This document shows positions 33,793 to 48,018 of a stretch of 64,000 bases of DNA, piece after piece. Made by a program: the position numbers and the translations under genes. Under the pieces are notes generated by a model. It worked only from the letters and a program-made list of their open reading frames with translations. It ran no database searches and had not been told where the DNA came from. Positions within the stretch are counted from its first letter, which is position 1, and every line of letters begins with the position of its first letter. This DNA is from Pseudomonadota bacterium (GTDB taxonomy: Bacteria; Pseudomonadota; Gammaproteobacteria; Pseudomonadales; JADFDG01), in contig JBMOON010000040.1 in assembly GCA_049323295.1 (NCBI GenBank), positions 252,251-316,250 of the forward strand, read 5' to 3'.

Positions 33793-34758
33793 ATGCGCAC
33801 CCTTCTGTTTGCTTTTCTTCTGGCGCCGGTACTGGCGTTCGCCACCTGCCCGGACTACACCAGCCCTTCGGCGCCGCCGAGCTTCACCAATCCGGCGAAA
33901 AAGAGCTTCCGCAGCTTCGGCAACACGATCCTCGCCGGACTCTACAGGCCGTGGCACATGGTGCACGACGAGGTCGTGAAAAGCGGCACGGCGGCCACCA
34001 TCACCGGCAAGTTCGACTACGACGCCGTGCTGCACAAGGATCTCGAGAACGAGTACGTCCATGTGTACATCTACGGTACCGGCATGAGCGCCTGGCAATA
34101 CGTCGGCCGCTATACCACCAACAGCGACGGCAAGATCACGGCGAATCTCGGTAACCGGGCCGCCGGCGACTACGTGGTGCGCATGGTGGTTGAAGGCGAC
34201 CTGTCGCGCGTCGACGGTTACCTGACGGTTGTCGAGACCGGTCGCCAGGCCGTGCTGTTCGACATCGACGGCACGCTGACGATCAACGACTTCGAGGCCT
34301 ATGCCGATTACGTCGGCGTGAAGACCGCGCAGCACTACTACTACGCGCCGGAAACGGTGAACGCCTACCGTGCCAAGGGTTACCAGGTGATCTACCTCAC
34401 CGCGCGTCCGTACTGGGTGACCAAGGATGCGCGCGACTGGTTCGCGCTGAAGGGCCTGAAGCCGTGGCACTATCGCTCGAATCCGTACGGCGACGGCCCG
34501 GTCCCGCCCGATACGCAGGCGCACAAGACCAACTACATCAACTATCTGCGCAACACCGTCGGCCTGGACATTGTCCGCGCCTACGGCAACGCGGACACCG
34601 ACATCGCCGCCTACGCCGATGCCGGCATTCCGAAGGCGGAGACCTGGATCATCGGCTCGCTGGCCGGCACCTCCGGCACCCAGGCCGTCGGCAGCGATTA
34701 CGCGTACCACTACAGCACGGTGGTGGCGAATACGCCGCGCTCGCTGTCCTGTCCCTGA
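33793..34758 (+). CDS. Secreted LNS2/PITP-type (Nir/RdgB C-terminal-like) HAD phosphatase
   Basis: Signal peptide MRTLLFAFLLAPVLAFA; HAD motifs VLFDIDGTLT, YLTARP, K, AYGNADTD; GGAGG RBS (alternative start 33781). Confidence 0.8.
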   Translation: MRTLLFAFLLAPVLAFATCPDYTSPSAPPSFTNPAKKSFRSFGNTILAGLYRPWHMVHDEVVKSGTAATITGKFDYDAVLHKDLENEYVHVYIYGTGMSAWQYVGRYTTNSDGKITANLGNRAAGDYVVRMVVEGDLSRVDGYLTVVETGRQAVLFDIDGTLTINDFEAYADYVGVKTAQHYYYAPETVNAYRAKGYQVIYLTARPYWVTKDARDWFALKGLKPWHYRSNPYGDGPVPPDTQAHKTNYINYLRNTVGLDIVRAYGNADTDIAAYADAGIPKAETWIIGSLAGTSGTQAVGSDYAYHYSTVVANTPRSLSCP

Positions 34759-34771
34759 AGAGGGTTCCGCA

Positions 34772-34808
34772 AAACGAAAAGGCCGGCATGTCGCCGGCCT
34801 TTTCGTTT
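34772..34808. terminator. Bidirectional terminator
   Basis: AAACGAAAAGGCCGGC-ATGTC-GCCGGCCTTTTCGTTT. Confidence 0.85.
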
Positions 34809-34829
34809 GCTGCGGCTGTCGTCCGCGAC

Positions 34830-35147
34830 TCAGTCCGCCGAACCGAAGCGCACCAGATTGGAGAGTTTCCGGTTCTGCTGTTTCGCCGCCCGGTAGATCA
34901 GTGCGACGTTGCCGATGGTGGCGACGACTTCGCAGCCGCACAGGGCCGGCAGCTCGCCGATCACCGAACGCCGGGTGTCACGGTCTTCGGCAGCGACCTT
35001 CACCTTGATCAGCTCGTGGTCCTCCAGCGCGCGCTCCAGCTCGGCCAGCAGGGCTTCCGACAGGCCGTTGCCGCCCACGAGGATCACCGGCTTCAGGTGG
35101 TGGCCGATGCCACGGAAGTGCTTTTTCTCGGCGGCGGACAACGCCAT
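34830..35147 (-). CDS. yhbY: Ribosome assembly RNA-binding protein YhbY (CRM domain)
   Basis: GHHLKPVILVG..GL, ALEDHELIKVK, IG..ALIYR; divergent from rlmE. Confidence 0.93.
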   Translation of the reverse strand: MALSAAEKKHFRGIGHHLKPVILVGGNGLSEALLAELERALEDHELIKVKVAAEDRDTRRSVIGELPALCGCEVVATIGNVALIYRAAKQQNRKLSNLVRFGSAD

Positions 35148-35260
35148 GGGACGGCTCCGGAGGACGGCGAAAGGGCGGCCATTCTAGTCAGGACGCCCCC
35201 GCCCGGCACCTGCCGCCCGCCTGATAAACTGCGTGCCCGGCAGTTCCCGCAGGTCATCCC

Positions 35261-35878
35261 GTGTCCCGTTCCAAGAGCAGCTCCCGCTGGCTGCACGAAC
35301 ATTTCAACGATCCCTGGGTCAAAAAGGCACAGGCCGAGGGCTACCGCTCGCGGGCAGTATTCAAGTTGCTGGAAATCCAGCAGAAAGACCGCCTGCTGAA
35401 GCCCGGGATGACGGTCCTCGACCTCGGGGCGGCCCCGGGCGGCTGGACCCAGGCGGCCGTCGATCTGGTCGGTGCCCGCGGGCTGGTGATCGCCTCCGAC
35501 ATCCTGCCGATGGATCCGGTTGCCGGGGCCCGCTTTGTCCAGGGCGATTTCCGCGAGCAGGCGGTATTCGACGCCATCCTCGCGGCGCTGGACGGCCGGG
35601 AGGTCGACCTTGTGATCTCGGACATGGCCCCCAATATGTCCGGAGAACGCTCGGTGGATCAGCCCCGGGCGATGTACCTGGCGGAGCTGGCGCTGGAAAT
35701 GGCCTGCCGGGTCCTGCGGCCGGGCGGCGATTTCCTCACCAAGGTGTTCCAGGGGGAGGGGGTCGATGCCTACCGCCTGGAGATCCGCCGTCATTTCCGG
35801 CAATTGCAGGTACGCAAGCCCGAAGCATCCCGTTCCCGATCCAGCGAGCTGTACCTGCTGGCGCGCGACCGGACCTGA
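35261..35878 (+). CDS. rlmE: 23S rRNA U2552 2'-O-methyltransferase
   Basis: [41 protein letters not shown]; GTG start. Confidence 0.97.
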   Translation: MSRSKSSSRWLHEHFNDPWVKKAQAEGYRSRAVFKLLEIQQKDRLLKPGMTVLDLGAAPGGWTQAAVDLVGARGLVIASDILPMDPVAGARFVQGDFREQAVFDAILAALDGREVDLVISDMAPNMSGERSVDQPRAMYLAELALEMACRVLRPGGDFLTKVFQGEGVDAYRLEIRRHFRQLQVRKPEASRSRSSELYLLARDRT

Positions 35879-35953
35879 ATTGGTGTAACGTTTTCAGCCC
35901 GGTCGCCTTGCGGCGATCGCCCGAATTTTCCCGCGCTTCGCGAGGCCCCTTCC

Positions 35954-37894
<1,941 letters not shown>

Positions 37895-37937
37895 TCCCTC
37901 GGGCTCCGCACGGAGCCCGATTCTTTTCCGGAACCCC

Positions 37938-38786
37938 ATGACCCGTCTCCTGCACTGCGGCAACCGCACGCTCGATCTCACGGCGCCGCGCGTGATGGGC
38001 ATCCTCAATGTGACGCCGGATTCGTTCTCCGACGGTGGCCGGTTCGTGGCACCGGAAACGGCGCTGCAGCAGGCAGCGCGGATGGTGGACGAAGGCGCGG
38101 CCATCATCGATGTCGGCGGTGAATCGACACGTCCGGGCGCGGCCCCGGTATCGCCGCAGGAAGAGCTCGATCGCGTGTTGCCGGTTGTGGAACGCATCGT
38201 CCGTGAACTGGATGTCTGCGTATCGGTGGACACCAGTACGCCGGACGTGATGCGTGCGGTGGCGCGTGCCGGTGCACACCTGCTGAACGATGTGCGTGCG
38301 CTGCAGCGCCCCGGTGCGCTGGCGGCCGCCGGCGAGAGCGGCCTGCCGGTTTGTCTTATGCACATGCAGGGCGAGCCGGAGAGCATGCAGCGGGCTCCGC
38401 AGTACGACGATGTGGTGCACGACGTGGCCGCCTTTCTGGCCGGCCGCGTCGAGGCCTGCCGGGCGGCGGGCATTCCCGGTGAGCGACTGCTGATCGATCC
38501 GGGCTTCGGTTTCGGCAAGACGCTGGCGCATAATCGCGCCTTGCTGGCGCGCCTGGGCGAGCTGCAGTCGATCGGATTGCCGTTGCTGGCCGGGCTTTCG
38601 CGCAAATCGATGATCGGCGCCCTGCTGGCCGATGCCGGCGGTGCGCCGCGGCCGGTGGATGGCCGGTTGTACGGATCGGTGGCTGCTGCCCTGCTGGCCG
38701 TCGATCGTGGCGCGGCGATCCTGCGGGTGCACGATGTCGCGCCGACGGTCGATGTCTTGCGGATCTGGTCCGCGCTGCGCGCCTGA
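37938..38786 (+). CDS. folP: Dihydropteroate synthase
   Basis: [43 protein letters not shown]. Confidence 0.97.
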   Translation: MTRLLHCGNRTLDLTAPRVMGILNVTPDSFSDGGRFVAPETALQQAARMVDEGAAIIDVGGESTRPGAAPVSPQEELDRVLPVVERIVRELDVCVSVDTSTPDVMRAVARAGAHLLNDVRALQRPGALAAAGESGLPVCLMHMQGEPESMQRAPQYDDVVHDVAAFLAGRVEACRAAGIPGERLLIDPGFGFGKTLAHNRALLARLGELQSIGLPLLAGLSRKSMIGALLADAGGAPRPVDGRLYGSVAAALLAVDRGAAILRVHDVAPTVDVLRIWSALRA

Positions 38787-38815
38787 ACCACCGAACACGA
38801 ACAACCGGAACGACC

Positions 38816-40147
38816 ATGACGAAAAAATATTTCGGTACCGACGGCATCCGCGGACGGGTGGGCGAAGCGCCGATCACGCCGGATTTCATGCTCAGGCTGG
38901 GCTGGGCCGCCGGTCGTGTTTTCCAGCAGCATGGAAAGTCGAAAATACTGATCGGCAAGGACACGCGGATTTCCGGTTACATGTTCGAGGCGGCGCTGGA
39001 GGCCGGTCTGGTTGCCGCCGGCGCCGATGTGCGGCTGCTCGGCCCGATGCCGACGCCGGCGATCGCCTATCTCACCCGTACGTTCCACGCGCAGGCCGGC
39101 ATCGTCATTTCGGCCTCGCACAATCCCTTCGACGACAACGGCGTCAAGTTCTTCTCCGGTTCCGGCAGGAAACTTGACGATGCCGTCGAGCATGCCATCG
39201 AGCGGATGCTCGATGAGCCGATGGTCACCGTGCCGTCGGCGGAACTGGGCAAGGCGGTGCGCATCGACGGCGCGCGTGGCCGTTACATCGAATTCTGCAA
39301 GTCGACGGTATCGGCGCTGAGCCTGGCCGGCCTGCACGTGGTGGTCGATGCGGCCAATGGCGCCTGCTACAACACCGTCCCGGACGTTTTCGACGAGCTG
39401 GGTGCGAAAGTCACGAAACTCGGTACCGAGCCCGACGGTTTCAACATCAACCGCGATTGCGGTTCGACCAAGCCGAAGAAGCTCCAGGAAAAGGTGCGCG
39501 AGCTGGGTGCCGACTTCGGCGTTGCCCTGGACGGCGACGGTGATCGCCTGATCATGGTGGATGCGGCCGGCGAAGTAGTGGACGGCGACGAGCTGCTGTA
39601 CATCATCGCCTGCGACCGCCACCGGACCGGCGCGCTCGGCGGCGGTGTGGTCGGTACCCTGATGAGCAATTTCGGGCTGGAGCTGGCGTTGCAGGGGCTG
39701 GGCATCCCGTTCGCGCGTGCGAAGGTCGGCGACCGCTACGTGATGGCCGAACTCGAAGCCCGCGGCTGGCTGCTGGGCGGCGAGTCGAGCGGCCACATCG
39801 TGTGTCTGGACCGCACCACTACCGGCGACGGCACGGTGTCGGCGCTGCAGGTGGTGTCGGCGCTGGCGCGCAGCGGTCGGACACTGGCGGAGGCGCGGCG
39901 CGGGATGAGCAAGCTGCCGCAGGTCATGATCAACGTGCCGCTGACGGCAAGGCGCGATGTTGCCGGCCTGCCGGCGGTGAAGGCGGCGGTGGCCGGTGCC
40001 GAATCGGCCCTGGCCGGCCGGGGCCGGGTCCTGTTGCGCCCCTCCGGCACCGAACCGCTGATCCGGGTCATGGTCGAGGGCGAGGATGCCTCCCTTGTCG
40101 AGCGGCTGGCCCGCGAACTGGCCGACCAGGTGGCTGTCCACGCCTGA
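38816..40147 (+). CDS. glmM: Phosphoglucosamine mutase
   Basis: [29 protein letters not shown]. Confidence 0.98.
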   Translation: MTKKYFGTDGIRGRVGEAPITPDFMLRLGWAAGRVFQQHGKSKILIGKDTRISGYMFEAALEAGLVAAGADVRLLGPMPTPAIAYLTRTFHAQAGIVISASHNPFDDNGVKFFSGSGRKLDDAVEHAIERMLDEPMVTVPSAELGKAVRIDGARGRYIEFCKSTVSALSLAGLHVVVDAANGACYNTVPDVFDELGAKVTKLGTEPDGFNINRDCGSTKPKKLQEKVRELGADFGVALDGDGDRLIMVDAAGEVVDGDELLYIIACDRHRTGALGGGVVGTLMSNFGLELALQGLGIPFARAKVGDRYVMAELEARGWLLGGESSGHIVCLDRTTTGDGTVSALQVVSALARSGRTLAEARRGMSKLPQVMINVPLTARRDVAGLPAVKAAVAGAESALAGRGRVLLRPSGTEPLIRVMVEGEDASLVERLARELADQVAVHA

Positions 40148-40237
40148 GTCCGGGGTTGGTCACAGGCCAACGGCCGTTGGCTTCCAGGGGGTGACCGGCT
40201 ACCATTGCGCTCCTTTTTTTGCCGGCCGAGGTGTGGG

Positions 40238-40987
40238 GTGCAGCAAGGCGCGCGCCGCCCGCTGGTGGCCGGCAACTGGAAAATGCACGGCAGCCTGGCC
40301 GAGGCCCGGGCGCGGGCCCGGGCAGTGGTCGTCGGCCGTCATGTCTGCGAAGTGGCAATCGCGCCGCCGTTCGTGCACCTGGCGGCGGTAGCGGCCGAGC
40401 TGGCCGGCAGCCCGGTGCTGCTGGCGGCGCAGGATGCGAGTGCCCACGATGCCGGCGCACACACCGGTGAAGTGTCGGCACCGATGCTGCTTGATGCCGG
40501 GTGTCGCCTGGTGCTGGTCGGTCACTCCGAGCGCCGTCACGGTCTTGGTGAAACCGACGGTCTGGTGGCGGCAAAGTTCGTGGCGGTGCAGCGTGCGGGT
40601 CTGGTCCCGGTTTTGTGTGTCGGCGAAACGCTCGCCGAACGCGAAGCCGGGCGTACGAGTGAGGTGGTGTTGCGCCAGCTGGATGCGGTACTCGCGCAGG
40701 CGGGCGGTTTCGGAGCGGCGGTGCTGGCCTACGAGCCGGTCTGGGCGATCGGTACCGGCCGCAACGCCACGGCGGAGCAGGCGCAGGAAGTGCACGCCCT
40801 GCTGCGCGCGCAGCTGGCGCGCCGGGATGCGGCAGCTGCGCAGGCAACGCGCATCCTGTACGGCGGCAGTGTGAAGGCGGCCAATGCCGGCACGATGTTC
40901 GCGATGCCGGATGTCGACGGCGCACTGGTGGGTGGCGCATCGCTGGATGCGCGAGAGTTTCTGGAGATCTGCGCGCAGGCGCAGTGA
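40238..40987 (+). CDS. tpiA: Triosephosphate isomerase
   Basis: [35 protein letters not shown]; GTG start inferred. Confidence 0.95.
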   Translation: MQQGARRPLVAGNWKMHGSLAEARARARAVVVGRHVCEVAIAPPFVHLAAVAAELAGSPVLLAAQDASAHDAGAHTGEVSAPMLLDAGCRLVLVGHSERRHGLGETDGLVAAKFVAVQRAGLVPVLCVGETLAEREAGRTSEVVLRQLDAVLAQAGGFGAAVLAYEPVWAIGTGRNATAEQAQEVHALLRAQLARRDAAAAQATRILYGGSVKAANAGTMFAMPDVDGALVGGASLDAREFLEICAQAQ

Positions 40988-41015
40988 CGGGTCAAACGGG
41001 TTCAGAGATAAAAAA

Positions 41016-41387
41016 ATGGAAGTCGCATTGCTCGTGGTGCACGTTCTGGTTTCGCTGGCGCTGGTCGGGCTGGTCCTGATCCAGCAGGGCAAGGGCGCCG
41101 ATGCCGGCGCTTCGTTCGGCGGCGGCGCGTCGCAGACGGTGTTCGGTTCGGCCGGCTCGGCCACTTTCCTGACCCGCACCACCAAGTGGCTGGCGGTGGT
41201 GTTTTTCACTACCAGCCTTGCGCTGGCGTGGCTTGCGAGGGAGAGGGCGGAAGAGCAGAATACCGCGCTTCTTCCGGTAGCCCCGGCGGCTGCACCGTCG
41301 GACATTCCGGTCGACGTTGCGCCGGCAGCACCCTCGTCCTCCGACGTACCGGCCGCCCCGATGGCGCCTGCCGGCGGCGGTCAGTAA
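41016..41387 (+). CDS. secG: Preprotein translocase subunit SecG
   Basis: [34 protein letters not shown]. Confidence 0.96.
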   Translation: MEVALLVVHVLVSLALVGLVLIQQGKGADAGASFGGGASQTVFGSAGSATFLTRTTKWLAVVFFTTSLALAWLARERAEEQNTALLPVAPAAAPSDIPVDVAPAAPSSSDVPAAPMAPAGGGQ

Positions 41388-41397
41388 GAGTTCCCCT

Positions 41398-41482
41398 GCC
41401 CAGGTGGTGAAATTGGTAGACACGCTACTTTGAGGGGGTAGTGGAGAAATCCGTGTCGGTTCAAATCCGACCCTGGGCACCA
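41398..41482 (+). tRNA. tRNA-Leu (GAG)
   Basis: GCCCAGG/CCTGGGC acceptor, anticodon loop TT-GAG-GG, variable arm, GGTTCAAATCC, CCA; conserved position after secG. Confidence 0.95.
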
Positions 41483-41570
41483 AATTTCCGTAGTGTCCGC
41501 CCGGCTGCCAGAGCCGGGCAGCCGTTTGCAAAATCCTTGTAACGGCAGGCACTTAAGAAATCTTTTTGCG

Positions 41571-41599
41571 TTGACAGACGGGGGCGCTGCCCCTATAGT
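41571..41599 (+). promoter_or_regulatory. sigma70 promoter of the tRNA-fMet-rimP-nusA-infB operon
   Basis: TTGACA-N17-TATAGT followed by a GC-rich discriminator CGGCGCCC. Confidence 0.85.
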
Positions 41600-41615
41600 C
41601 GGCGCCCGGTTTTGA

Positions 41616-41692
<77 letters not shown>

Positions 41693-41727
41693 CTAACGGG
41701 TCTTGGCAAAGACCCGCTGCAGTAGTG

Positions 41728-41830
41728 CAGGAAAAGCCCCTCTCGAGGGGCTTTTTGCTAGATGGTCTCGCATGGCGGTCCATCTTCAGGCTTCGTTCGC
41801 GAAATGGGCCTTTGCAGGCCCATTTTTTGT
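41728..41830 (+). promoter_or_regulatory. Two terminator-like hairpins in the rimP leader
   Basis: AAAAGCCCCTC-TC-GAGGGGCTTTT and AAATGGGCCT-TTGC-AGGCCCATTTTTT upstream of rimP/nusA. Confidence 0.65.
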
Positions 41831-41873
41831 TTGTGCGACAGGAAAACAGGCGCCGGCGACGGCGGGAGCGGCG

Positions 41874-42344
41874 GTGACCAACGCGCGAGAACTCAAGACC
41901 CTGCTGGAGCCGGCCGCCGTGGCGCTCGGTTTCGAGTTGTGGGGCGTCGAGTACCTGGTGCGCGGAAGACACCGGCTGCTGCGGGTGTATATCGATGGCC
42001 CGAACGGCGTGACGGTCGACGACTGTGCGGCGGTGAGCCATCAGGTGAGCGGCATCCTCGACGTGGAAGACCCGATCCCGGGTGAGTACACGCTGGAAGT
42101 CAGTTCGCCGGGACTCGACCGGATGTTGTTCGAGCCGGCGCAGTACGCGCGTTATGCCGGCAGTCTGCTGGTGGTGCGTACCCAGGCGGCGATCGGCGGC
42201 CGGCGGCGTTTTCGCGGCCGCCTCGGGGCGGTAACGGAAAACGGTTTCACGCTGGTGCTGGACGACGGCAGCGAACAGGCAATCGCCTTCGCGGACGTCG
42301 ACAAAACGCAGGTGGAGCCGGAGATTTTCAACAACAAGCGGTGA
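41874..42344 (+). CDS. rimP: Ribosome maturation factor RimP
   Basis: [35 protein letters not shown]; GTG start after GGAG. Confidence 0.95.
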   Translation: MTNARELKTLLEPAAVALGFELWGVEYLVRGRHRLLRVYIDGPNGVTVDDCAAVSHQVSGILDVEDPIPGEYTLEVSSPGLDRMLFEPAQYARYAGSLLVVRTQAAIGGRRRFRGRLGAVTENGFTLVLDDGSEQAIAFADVDKTQVEPEIFNNKR

Positions 42345-42381
42345 GGCCGGGAAGGCTGACCGCAAGAGCTGGGTCACGACG

Positions 42382-43875
42382 ATGGGCAAAGAGATTCTCC
42401 TCGTAGCGGAAACCGTCTCCAACGAAAAGGGCGTCGATCGCGATGTCATTTTCGAGGCGATCGAAGCGGCACTGGCCGCAGCCACGAAGAAACGCTTCCG
42501 CGAGGAAGACGTCGAGATCCGCGTGGCGATCGATCGCCGGACCGGCGAATACAAGTCCTATCGTGTCTGGCGCGTGGTGCCGGACGAGGAGTTGTTCGAG
42601 TTCGGCCATCAGCTGACCCTCGACGAGGCCCATGAAAAGGATGCGTCGCTGAAGATCGGCGACATCTGGGAAGAGGAGGTCGAATCGGTCGAGTTCGGCC
42701 GCATTGCTGCCCAGACCGCCAAGCAGGTCATCGTGCAGAAGGTGCGTGAGGCCGAGCGGGCGCAGATTGTCGAGCAATTCCGTCACCGGGTCGGCCAGCT
42801 CGTGGTCGCGACCGTCAAGAAAGTGACCCGTGACAACGTGATCCTTGATCTCGGCGGCAATGCCGAGGCCCTGATGCCGCGCAGCGAGATGCTGCCGCGC
42901 GAAGTGTTCCGTACCAACGATCGCGTGCGCGCCGTCCTGTACACGATCAACACCGAGAACCGTGGTCCGCAGCTGATGGTGTCGCGCACCCGTCCGGAAA
43001 TGCTGATCGAGCTGTTCAAGATCGAAGTGCCGGAGATCGGCGAAGAACTGATCGAGATCAAGGGCGCTGCGCGCGATCCGGGCGTGCGTGCCAAGATTGC
43101 CGTGAAGTCCAACGACCAGCGCATCGACCCGCAGGGCGCCTGCATCGGCATGCGCGGTTCGCGCGTCCAGGCCGTTTCCGGTGAGCTGGGCGGCGAGCGG
43201 GTCGACATCGTGCTGTGGGACGATAACCCTGCCCAGTACGTGATCAATGCCATGAGTCCGGCGGAAGTGTCGTCGATCATCGTCGACGAGGATCGCCACT
43301 CGATGGACATCGCCGTCGACGAAGAGCAGCTGGCACAGGCCATCGGCCGCGGCGGCCAGAACGTCCGTCTGGCCAGCGAAATGACCGGCTGGGAACTCAA
43401 CGTCATGACCATCGACGAGGCGAACGCCAAGCAGGCGACCGAGTCGGAGTCGGTGGTGCAGACCTTCATGAAGGACCTGGATGTCGACGAGGAAGTCGCC
43501 CAGGTGCTGGCAGAAGAGGGCTTCACCACCCTCGAAGAAATCGCCTATGTCCCGCTCGACGAAATGCTGGCTATCGAAGGCTTCGACGAAGACATCGTCA
43601 ACGAGCTGCGCCAGCGCGCGAAGGATGCCCTGTTGACCCGCGCGCTGGCATCGGAAGAGAAACTGGAGAGTTCGGACCCGGCCGAGGATCTGCTCGGCAT
43701 GCCGGGCATGGACCGGGCGCTGGCGTTCGCGCTGGCCGCCAAAGGCGTACGGACGATGGAAGACCTTGCCGAACAGGCAGTCGACGACATCGTGGAGATC
43801 GACGGCATGGACGAGCAACGTGCTGCGGCGCTGATCATGGAAGCGCGCAAGCCGTGGTTTGCCGAGCAGGGCTGA
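42382..43875 (+). CDS. nusA: Transcription termination factor NusA
   Basis: KEILLV...[43 protein letters not shown]. Confidence 0.98.
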   Translation: MGKEILLVAETVSNEKGVDRDVIFEAIEAALAAATKKRFREEDVEIRVAIDRRTGEYKSYRVWRVVPDEELFEFGHQLTLDEAHEKDASLKIGDIWEEEVESVEFGRIAAQTAKQVIVQKVREAERAQIVEQFRHRVGQLVVATVKKVTRDNVILDLGGNAEALMPRSEMLPREVFRTNDRVRAVLYTINTENRGPQLMVSRTRPEMLIELFKIEVPEIGEELIEIKGAARDPGVRAKIAVKSNDQRIDPQGACIGMRGSRVQAVSGELGGERVDIVLWDDNPAQYVINAMSPAEVSSIIVDEDRHSMDIAVDEEQLAQAIGRGGQNVRLASEMTGWELNVMTIDEANAKQATESESVVQTFMKDLDVDEEVAQVLAEEGFTTLEEIAYVPLDEMLAIEGFDEDIVNELRQRAKDALLTRALASEEKLESSDPAEDLLGMPGMDRALAFALAAKGVRTMEDLAEQAVDDIVEIDGMDEQRAAALIMEARKPWFAEQG

Positions 43876-43931
43876 GCGCATCGACAGTTGTCGCTGCGTG
43901 ACGGAATGACGAACGGAGACTGAGTACCCCT

Positions 43932-46625
43932 ATGGCTGAGGTTACGGTCAAGCAATTGGCGGACAAGCTGAACGTCGCGGCGGATACGCTGCTGACGCAG
44001 ATGCGCGATGCCGGTCTCTCGCATGCCTCGGCGGATGCCGCGGTATCGGACGTCGAGAAGGAGCAGCTGCTGGCGCACCTGAAGCGGGCGCATGGCAAGG
44101 ACGAGGGCAGCGAAGCCAAGCGCATCACCCTCAAGCGCAAGGAAACCACCACCATCAAGACCGCCAGTGCGGCAACCGGTCGTACCAAGACGGTTGAAGT
44201 GCAGGTGAAGAAAACCCGTACCTACGTCAAGCGCAGTGAACTCGAGGCCAAGGCCGCCGAGGAAGAGGCGCAGCGTCTGGCCGAGGAAGAAGCGCAGCGT
44301 GCCGCCGAAGAAGCGGCACGTGTTGCCGAAGAGAAAGCGCGGCGCGATTCCGAGGAGAAGAGTCGCCGCGAAGAAGCCGAGGCCCGCCGCAAGTCAAATG
44401 TCGTGAATCTGGACGACGTCGAGGCGGCACATCGCCACAAGGTCGTGAAGGTTCCGCACCACACCACCGAGGCTGCCCGTCAGGCGGCCGAGAAGGCGGC
44501 CAAGCTGGAAGCCGAAGAGCGCCGGAAGCGTGACGAGGCCGAGGCCCGCAAGCGCCAGAACGCCGGTGCGCTGAAGGAAGTCGAGGCCAAGGCGGCCAAG
44601 GAAACCGTCGAGCGTGCCAAGCGCCTGGCCGAGGAGCTGGCCGGTCGTGGCGGCGAGCCGCGCGAGGAGGCCGGCGAGCCGGTCGTCGATGCCGGCATCG
44701 TGGCGCGCGCCTTCGAGCAAAGCATCGAGGAAGAGGCGCACAGCCTCAAGAAGGACAGCAAGAGCAAACTGGTTGCCAAGCGTCGCAAGCAGACGCAGAA
44801 AATGGCTTTCGAAGGCACGCTCAAGAGCAGTTTCATGAAGAGTCATGCGTTCGAAAAGCCGACCGCCAAGATGGTTTACGAGGTCGAGCTGGGCGAGGCC
44901 ATCACTGTCGGCGACCTCGCACAGAAGCTGTCGATGAAGGGCGGCGAGCTGATCAAGGCCCTGATGAAGATGGGCGAGATGGTCACCATCAACCACGTGC
45001 TCGACCAGGACACTGCGGTGCTGCTGGTCGAGGAACTGGGCCACAAGGCAAAAACGGTCAGTGCCAACGCCGTCGAGGAGTCGCTGGCCGAGTCCGTCAC
45101 CCGCGAGGGCGCGCCGGCGCACCGGGCGCCGGTGGTCACCATCATGGGCCACGTCGACCACGGCAAGACTTCGCTGCTCGACTACATCCGTCGCGCCAAG
45201 GTTGCGGCCGGTGAAGCCGGCGGCATCACGCAACACATCGGCGCCTATCACGTCGACACCGGACACGGCCACATCACGTTCCTCGATACCCCGGGCCATG
45301 CGGCGTTCACCGCGATGCGTGCCCGCGGAGCGTCGGCGACCGACATCGTCATCATCGTGGTGGCGGCCGATGATGGCGTCATGCCGCAGACCATTGAGGC
45401 GATCAATCACGCCAAGGCGGCCGGCGTACCGATCATCGTCGCAGTCAACAAGATGGACAAACCGTCCGCCGATCCCGACCGCGTGCGCAGCGAGCTGTCG
45501 CAGCACGGCGTGATTTCCGAGGAGTGGGGCGGTGATACGCAATTCGTTCCGGTATCCGCCCATACCGGTCTCGGCGTCGACAAGCTGCTTGATGCGATCC
45601 TGATCCAGGCTGAAGTCCTGGAACTGAAGGCAGTGCCGACCGGCGCGGCAGAAGGCGTGGTCATCGAATCGCGTCTCGACAAGGGTCGTGGTCCGGTTGC
45701 CTCGTTGCTGGTGCAGCACGGCGAACTGCGTGCGGGCGATCTCGTGCTGGCCGGCCAGCACTACGGTCGTGTCCGGGCGATGTCCGACGAGAACGGCCAG
45801 GCGCTGAAGGCGGCCGGCCCCTCGATCCCGGTGGAAATCCTCGGTCTGGCCGGTGTGCCGGATGCCGGCGACAAGTTCATGGTGGTGGCGGACGAGCGCA
45901 AGGCGCGCGAAGTGGCGCAGCACCGTATCGAGAAGGATCGCCAGTCGCGCATGGCGCGCCAGCAGGCCTCCAAGCTCGAGAACGTGTTCGCCAACATGGG
46001 CGCTGCCGAGAAGCCGACCGTCAACATCGTGCTCAAGACCGATGTCCGCGGTTCGCTCGAGGCGCTCACCGGAGCGCTCAACGATTTGTCGACCGAAGAG
46101 GTCAAGGTCACCATCGTGTCCAGTGGCGTCGGTGCGATCACCGAATCCGACGTCAACCTGGCGATCACCTCGCGGGCCGTCATTCTCGCCTTCAACGTGC
46201 GTGCCGACAGCACGGCGAAGAAGCTGTGCGAGCGCGAAGGCATCGATCTGCGCTATTACAGCGTGATCTACGAGATGATCGACGACGTCAAGGCGGCCAT
46301 GGGCGGCCTGCTGGCGCCGGAGAAGCGCGAGACCATCCTCGGCATCGCCGAAGTGCGCGAAGTGTTCCGTTCGTCCAAGTTCGGCGACGTCGCCGGCTGT
46401 ATGGTGGTCGAGGGCTCCGTGTACCGGAACCGTCCTATCCGTGTACTGCGGCAGGAAGTCGTCGTGTTCCAGGGCGAACTCGAATCGCTGCGCCGCTTCA
46501 AGGACGATGTCGGCGAGGTGCGTGCCGGCATGGAATGCGGTATCGCCGTCCGCGGTTACAACGACGTCAAGGCCGGCGACAAGATCGAGGTCTACGAAGT
46601 CAAGGAAGTGGCGCGCTCGCTGTAA
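43932..46625 (+). CDS. infB: Translation initiation factor IF-2
   Basis: [22 protein letters not shown]. Confidence 0.99.
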   Translation: MAEVTVKQLADKLNVAADTLLTQMRDAGLSHASADAAVSDVEKEQLLAHLKRAHGKDEGSEAKRITLKRKETTTIKTASAATGRTKTVEVQVKKTRTYVKRSELEAKAAEEEAQRLAEEEAQRAAEEAARVAEEKARRDSEEKSRREEAEARRKSNVVNLDDVEAAHRHKVVKVPHHTTEAARQAAEKAAKLEAEERRKRDEAEARKRQNAGALKEVEAKAAKETVERAKRLAEELAGRGGEPREEAGEPVVDAGIVARAFEQSIEEEAHSLKKDSKSKLVAKRRKQTQKMAFEGTLKSSFMKSHAFEKPTAKMVYEVELGEAITVGDLAQKLSMKGGELIKALMKMGEMVTINHVLDQDTAVLLVEELGHKAKTVSANAVEESLAESVTREGAPAHRAPVVTIMGHVDHGKTSLLDYIRRAKVAAGEAGGITQHIGAYHVDTGHGHITFLDTPGHAAFTAMRARGASATDIVIIVVAADDGVMPQTIEAINHAKAAGVPIIVAVNKMDKPSADPDRVRSELSQHGVISEEWGGDTQFVPVSAHTGLGVDKLLDAILIQAEVLELKAVPTGAAEGVVIESRLDKGRGPVASLLVQHGELRAGDLVLAGQHYGRVRAMSDENGQALKAAGPSIPVEILGLAGVPDAGDKFMVVADERKAREVAQHRIEKDRQSRMARQQASKLENVFANMGAAEKPTVNIVLKTDVRGSLEALTGALNDLSTEEVKVTIVSSGVGAITESDVNLAITSRAVILAFNVRADSTAKKLCEREGIDLRYYSVIYEMIDDVKAAMGGLLAPEKRETILGIAEVREVFRSSKFGDVAGCMVVEGSVYRNRPIRVLRQEVVVFQGELESLRRFKDDVGEVRAGMECGIAVRGYNDVKAGDKIEVYEVKEVARSL

Positions 46626-46655
46626 GGCGCGCCCACTCCTGCTTCGCCGAAGCGC

Positions 46656-47072
46656 ATGACACACGACTTTCTCGAACGTCCCGGCTCCAGCCGCCCGCAG
46701 CGCGTCGGCGACCAGATCCAGAAGGAACTGGCGCGCCTGCTGCAGTTCGAGGTCAAGGATCCACGGCTTGGCATGGTGACCATCACCGGTGTCGAAGTCG
46801 CAAAGGATTTCGCGCACGCTGATGTCTGGTACAGCGTGCTCAAGGGCGATCAGGCCAAATCACAGAAGGCGCTGGAGAGTGCGAGCGGCTTCCTGCGCAC
46901 GCAGATCGGCCGCGCCATCAAGTTGCGGGTCACCCCGCAATTGCGTTTCCGCTTCGACGAGGCGCCGTCGCGGGGTGTCGAAATGTCGGCGCTGATCGAC
47001 AAGGCCCGCAATGAAGATCGCTCGCGCGCAGAGCGTGCCGGCGATCAGCCGCCGGGTGATGAGCGGGACTGA
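46656..47072 (+). CDS. rbfA: Ribosome-binding factor A
   Basis: RPQRVGDQIQKEL, KDPRLG.VTIT.VEV, ASGFLR, PQLRF. Confidence 0.96.
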   Translation: MTHDFLERPGSSRPQRVGDQIQKELARLLQFEVKDPRLGMVTITGVEVAKDFAHADVWYSVLKGDQAKSQKALESASGFLRTQIGRAIKLRVTPQLRFRFDEAPSRGVEMSALIDKARNEDRSRAERAGDQPPGDERD

Positions 47073-48018
47073 GCGTCCGCGCCGGCCGCGCCGTGCGGTG
47101 AGCGGCGTGTTGTTGCTCGACAAGCCTGCCGGCATGACCTCCAATGCCGCGTTGCAACGCGTGAAGTGGCTGTTCCGGGCCGACAAGGCCGGGCACACCG
47201 GCGCGCTCGATCCGCTGGCGACCGGCGTGCTTCCCCTGTGCTTCGGCGAGGCCACGAAGTTTTCGCAGTATCTGCTCGATGCCGACAAGGTCTATCGCGC
47301 GGAAGCCCGGCTGGGAGTGACCACCGACAGCGGCGATGCCGACGGCCAGGTCCTCGCCGAACATCCCGTGCCGGCGCTGGACCGCGCTGCCATGGAGGCC
47401 GTGCTGGCCCGCTTCCACGGCCAGATCGACCAGGTGCCGAGCATGTTCTCGGCCCTGAAGCGCGACGGCCGGCCGCTGTACGAACTCGCCCGTGCCGGGA
47501 TCAGTGTCGAGCGCGAGGCGCGGCGGGTGCGTATCGACCGCCTGGAGCTGGAGTCGCTGACGCCGACTGCCTTCAGCCTCGTGGCCGGGGTCAGCAAGGG
47601 CACCTACATCCGCAGCCTGGTCGAGGACATCGGTCAGGCCCTCGCTTGCGGCGCCCATGTCACGGCGCTGCGCCGGCTGGCGGCCGGTGGTTTCGGGCTG
47701 GACCGGACGGTCACCCTGGCGCAGGTGGAGGCAGTGGCCATCGCTTCCGGCGAGGCCGGGCTGGACGCCCTGTTGCTGCCGCCGGAAATCCTGCTGGCCG
47801 GATGGCCGGAAGTCACATTGTCACGGGAAAACGCGTACCATACGCGCCGCGGTCAGCCGGCCCCCGGTGCCGGTGACCTGCCGCCCGGAACCCGGGTGGC
47901 CCTGTTCGAGGCGACGGGTACGACCCGGCTGTTCCTCGGCGTGGGCGAAATCGCCGACGACGGGCGCGTGGCGCCGCGGCGTCTCGTGAACACGGCCTCT
48001 GGCCAATCCGGAAACTGA
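47059..48018 (+). CDS. truB: tRNA pseudouridine(55) synthase
   Basis: LLDKPAG, GHTGALDPLATGVL, SKGTYIRSL. Confidence 0.97.
   Translation: MSGTERPRRPRRAVSGVLLLDKPAGMTSNAALQRVKWLFRADKAGHTGALDPLATGVLPLCFGEATKFSQYLLDADKVYRAEARLGVTTDSGDADGQVLAEHPVPALDRAAMEAVLARFHGQIDQVPSMFSALKRDGRPLYELARAGISVEREARRVRIDRLELESLTPTAFSLVAGVSKGTYIRSLVEDIGQALACGAHVTALRRLAAGGFGLDRTVTLAQVEAVAIASGEAGLDALLLPPEILLAGWPEVTLSRENAYHTRRGQPAPGAGDLPPGTRVALFEATGTTRLFLGVGEIADDGRVAPRRLVNTASGQSGN

Noticed and set aside
42330-42337. AACAACAA near the rimP end, upstream of nusA
   Set aside because: Lies within coding sequence (Asn-Asn-Lys) ~45 nt from the nusA start; likely coincidental
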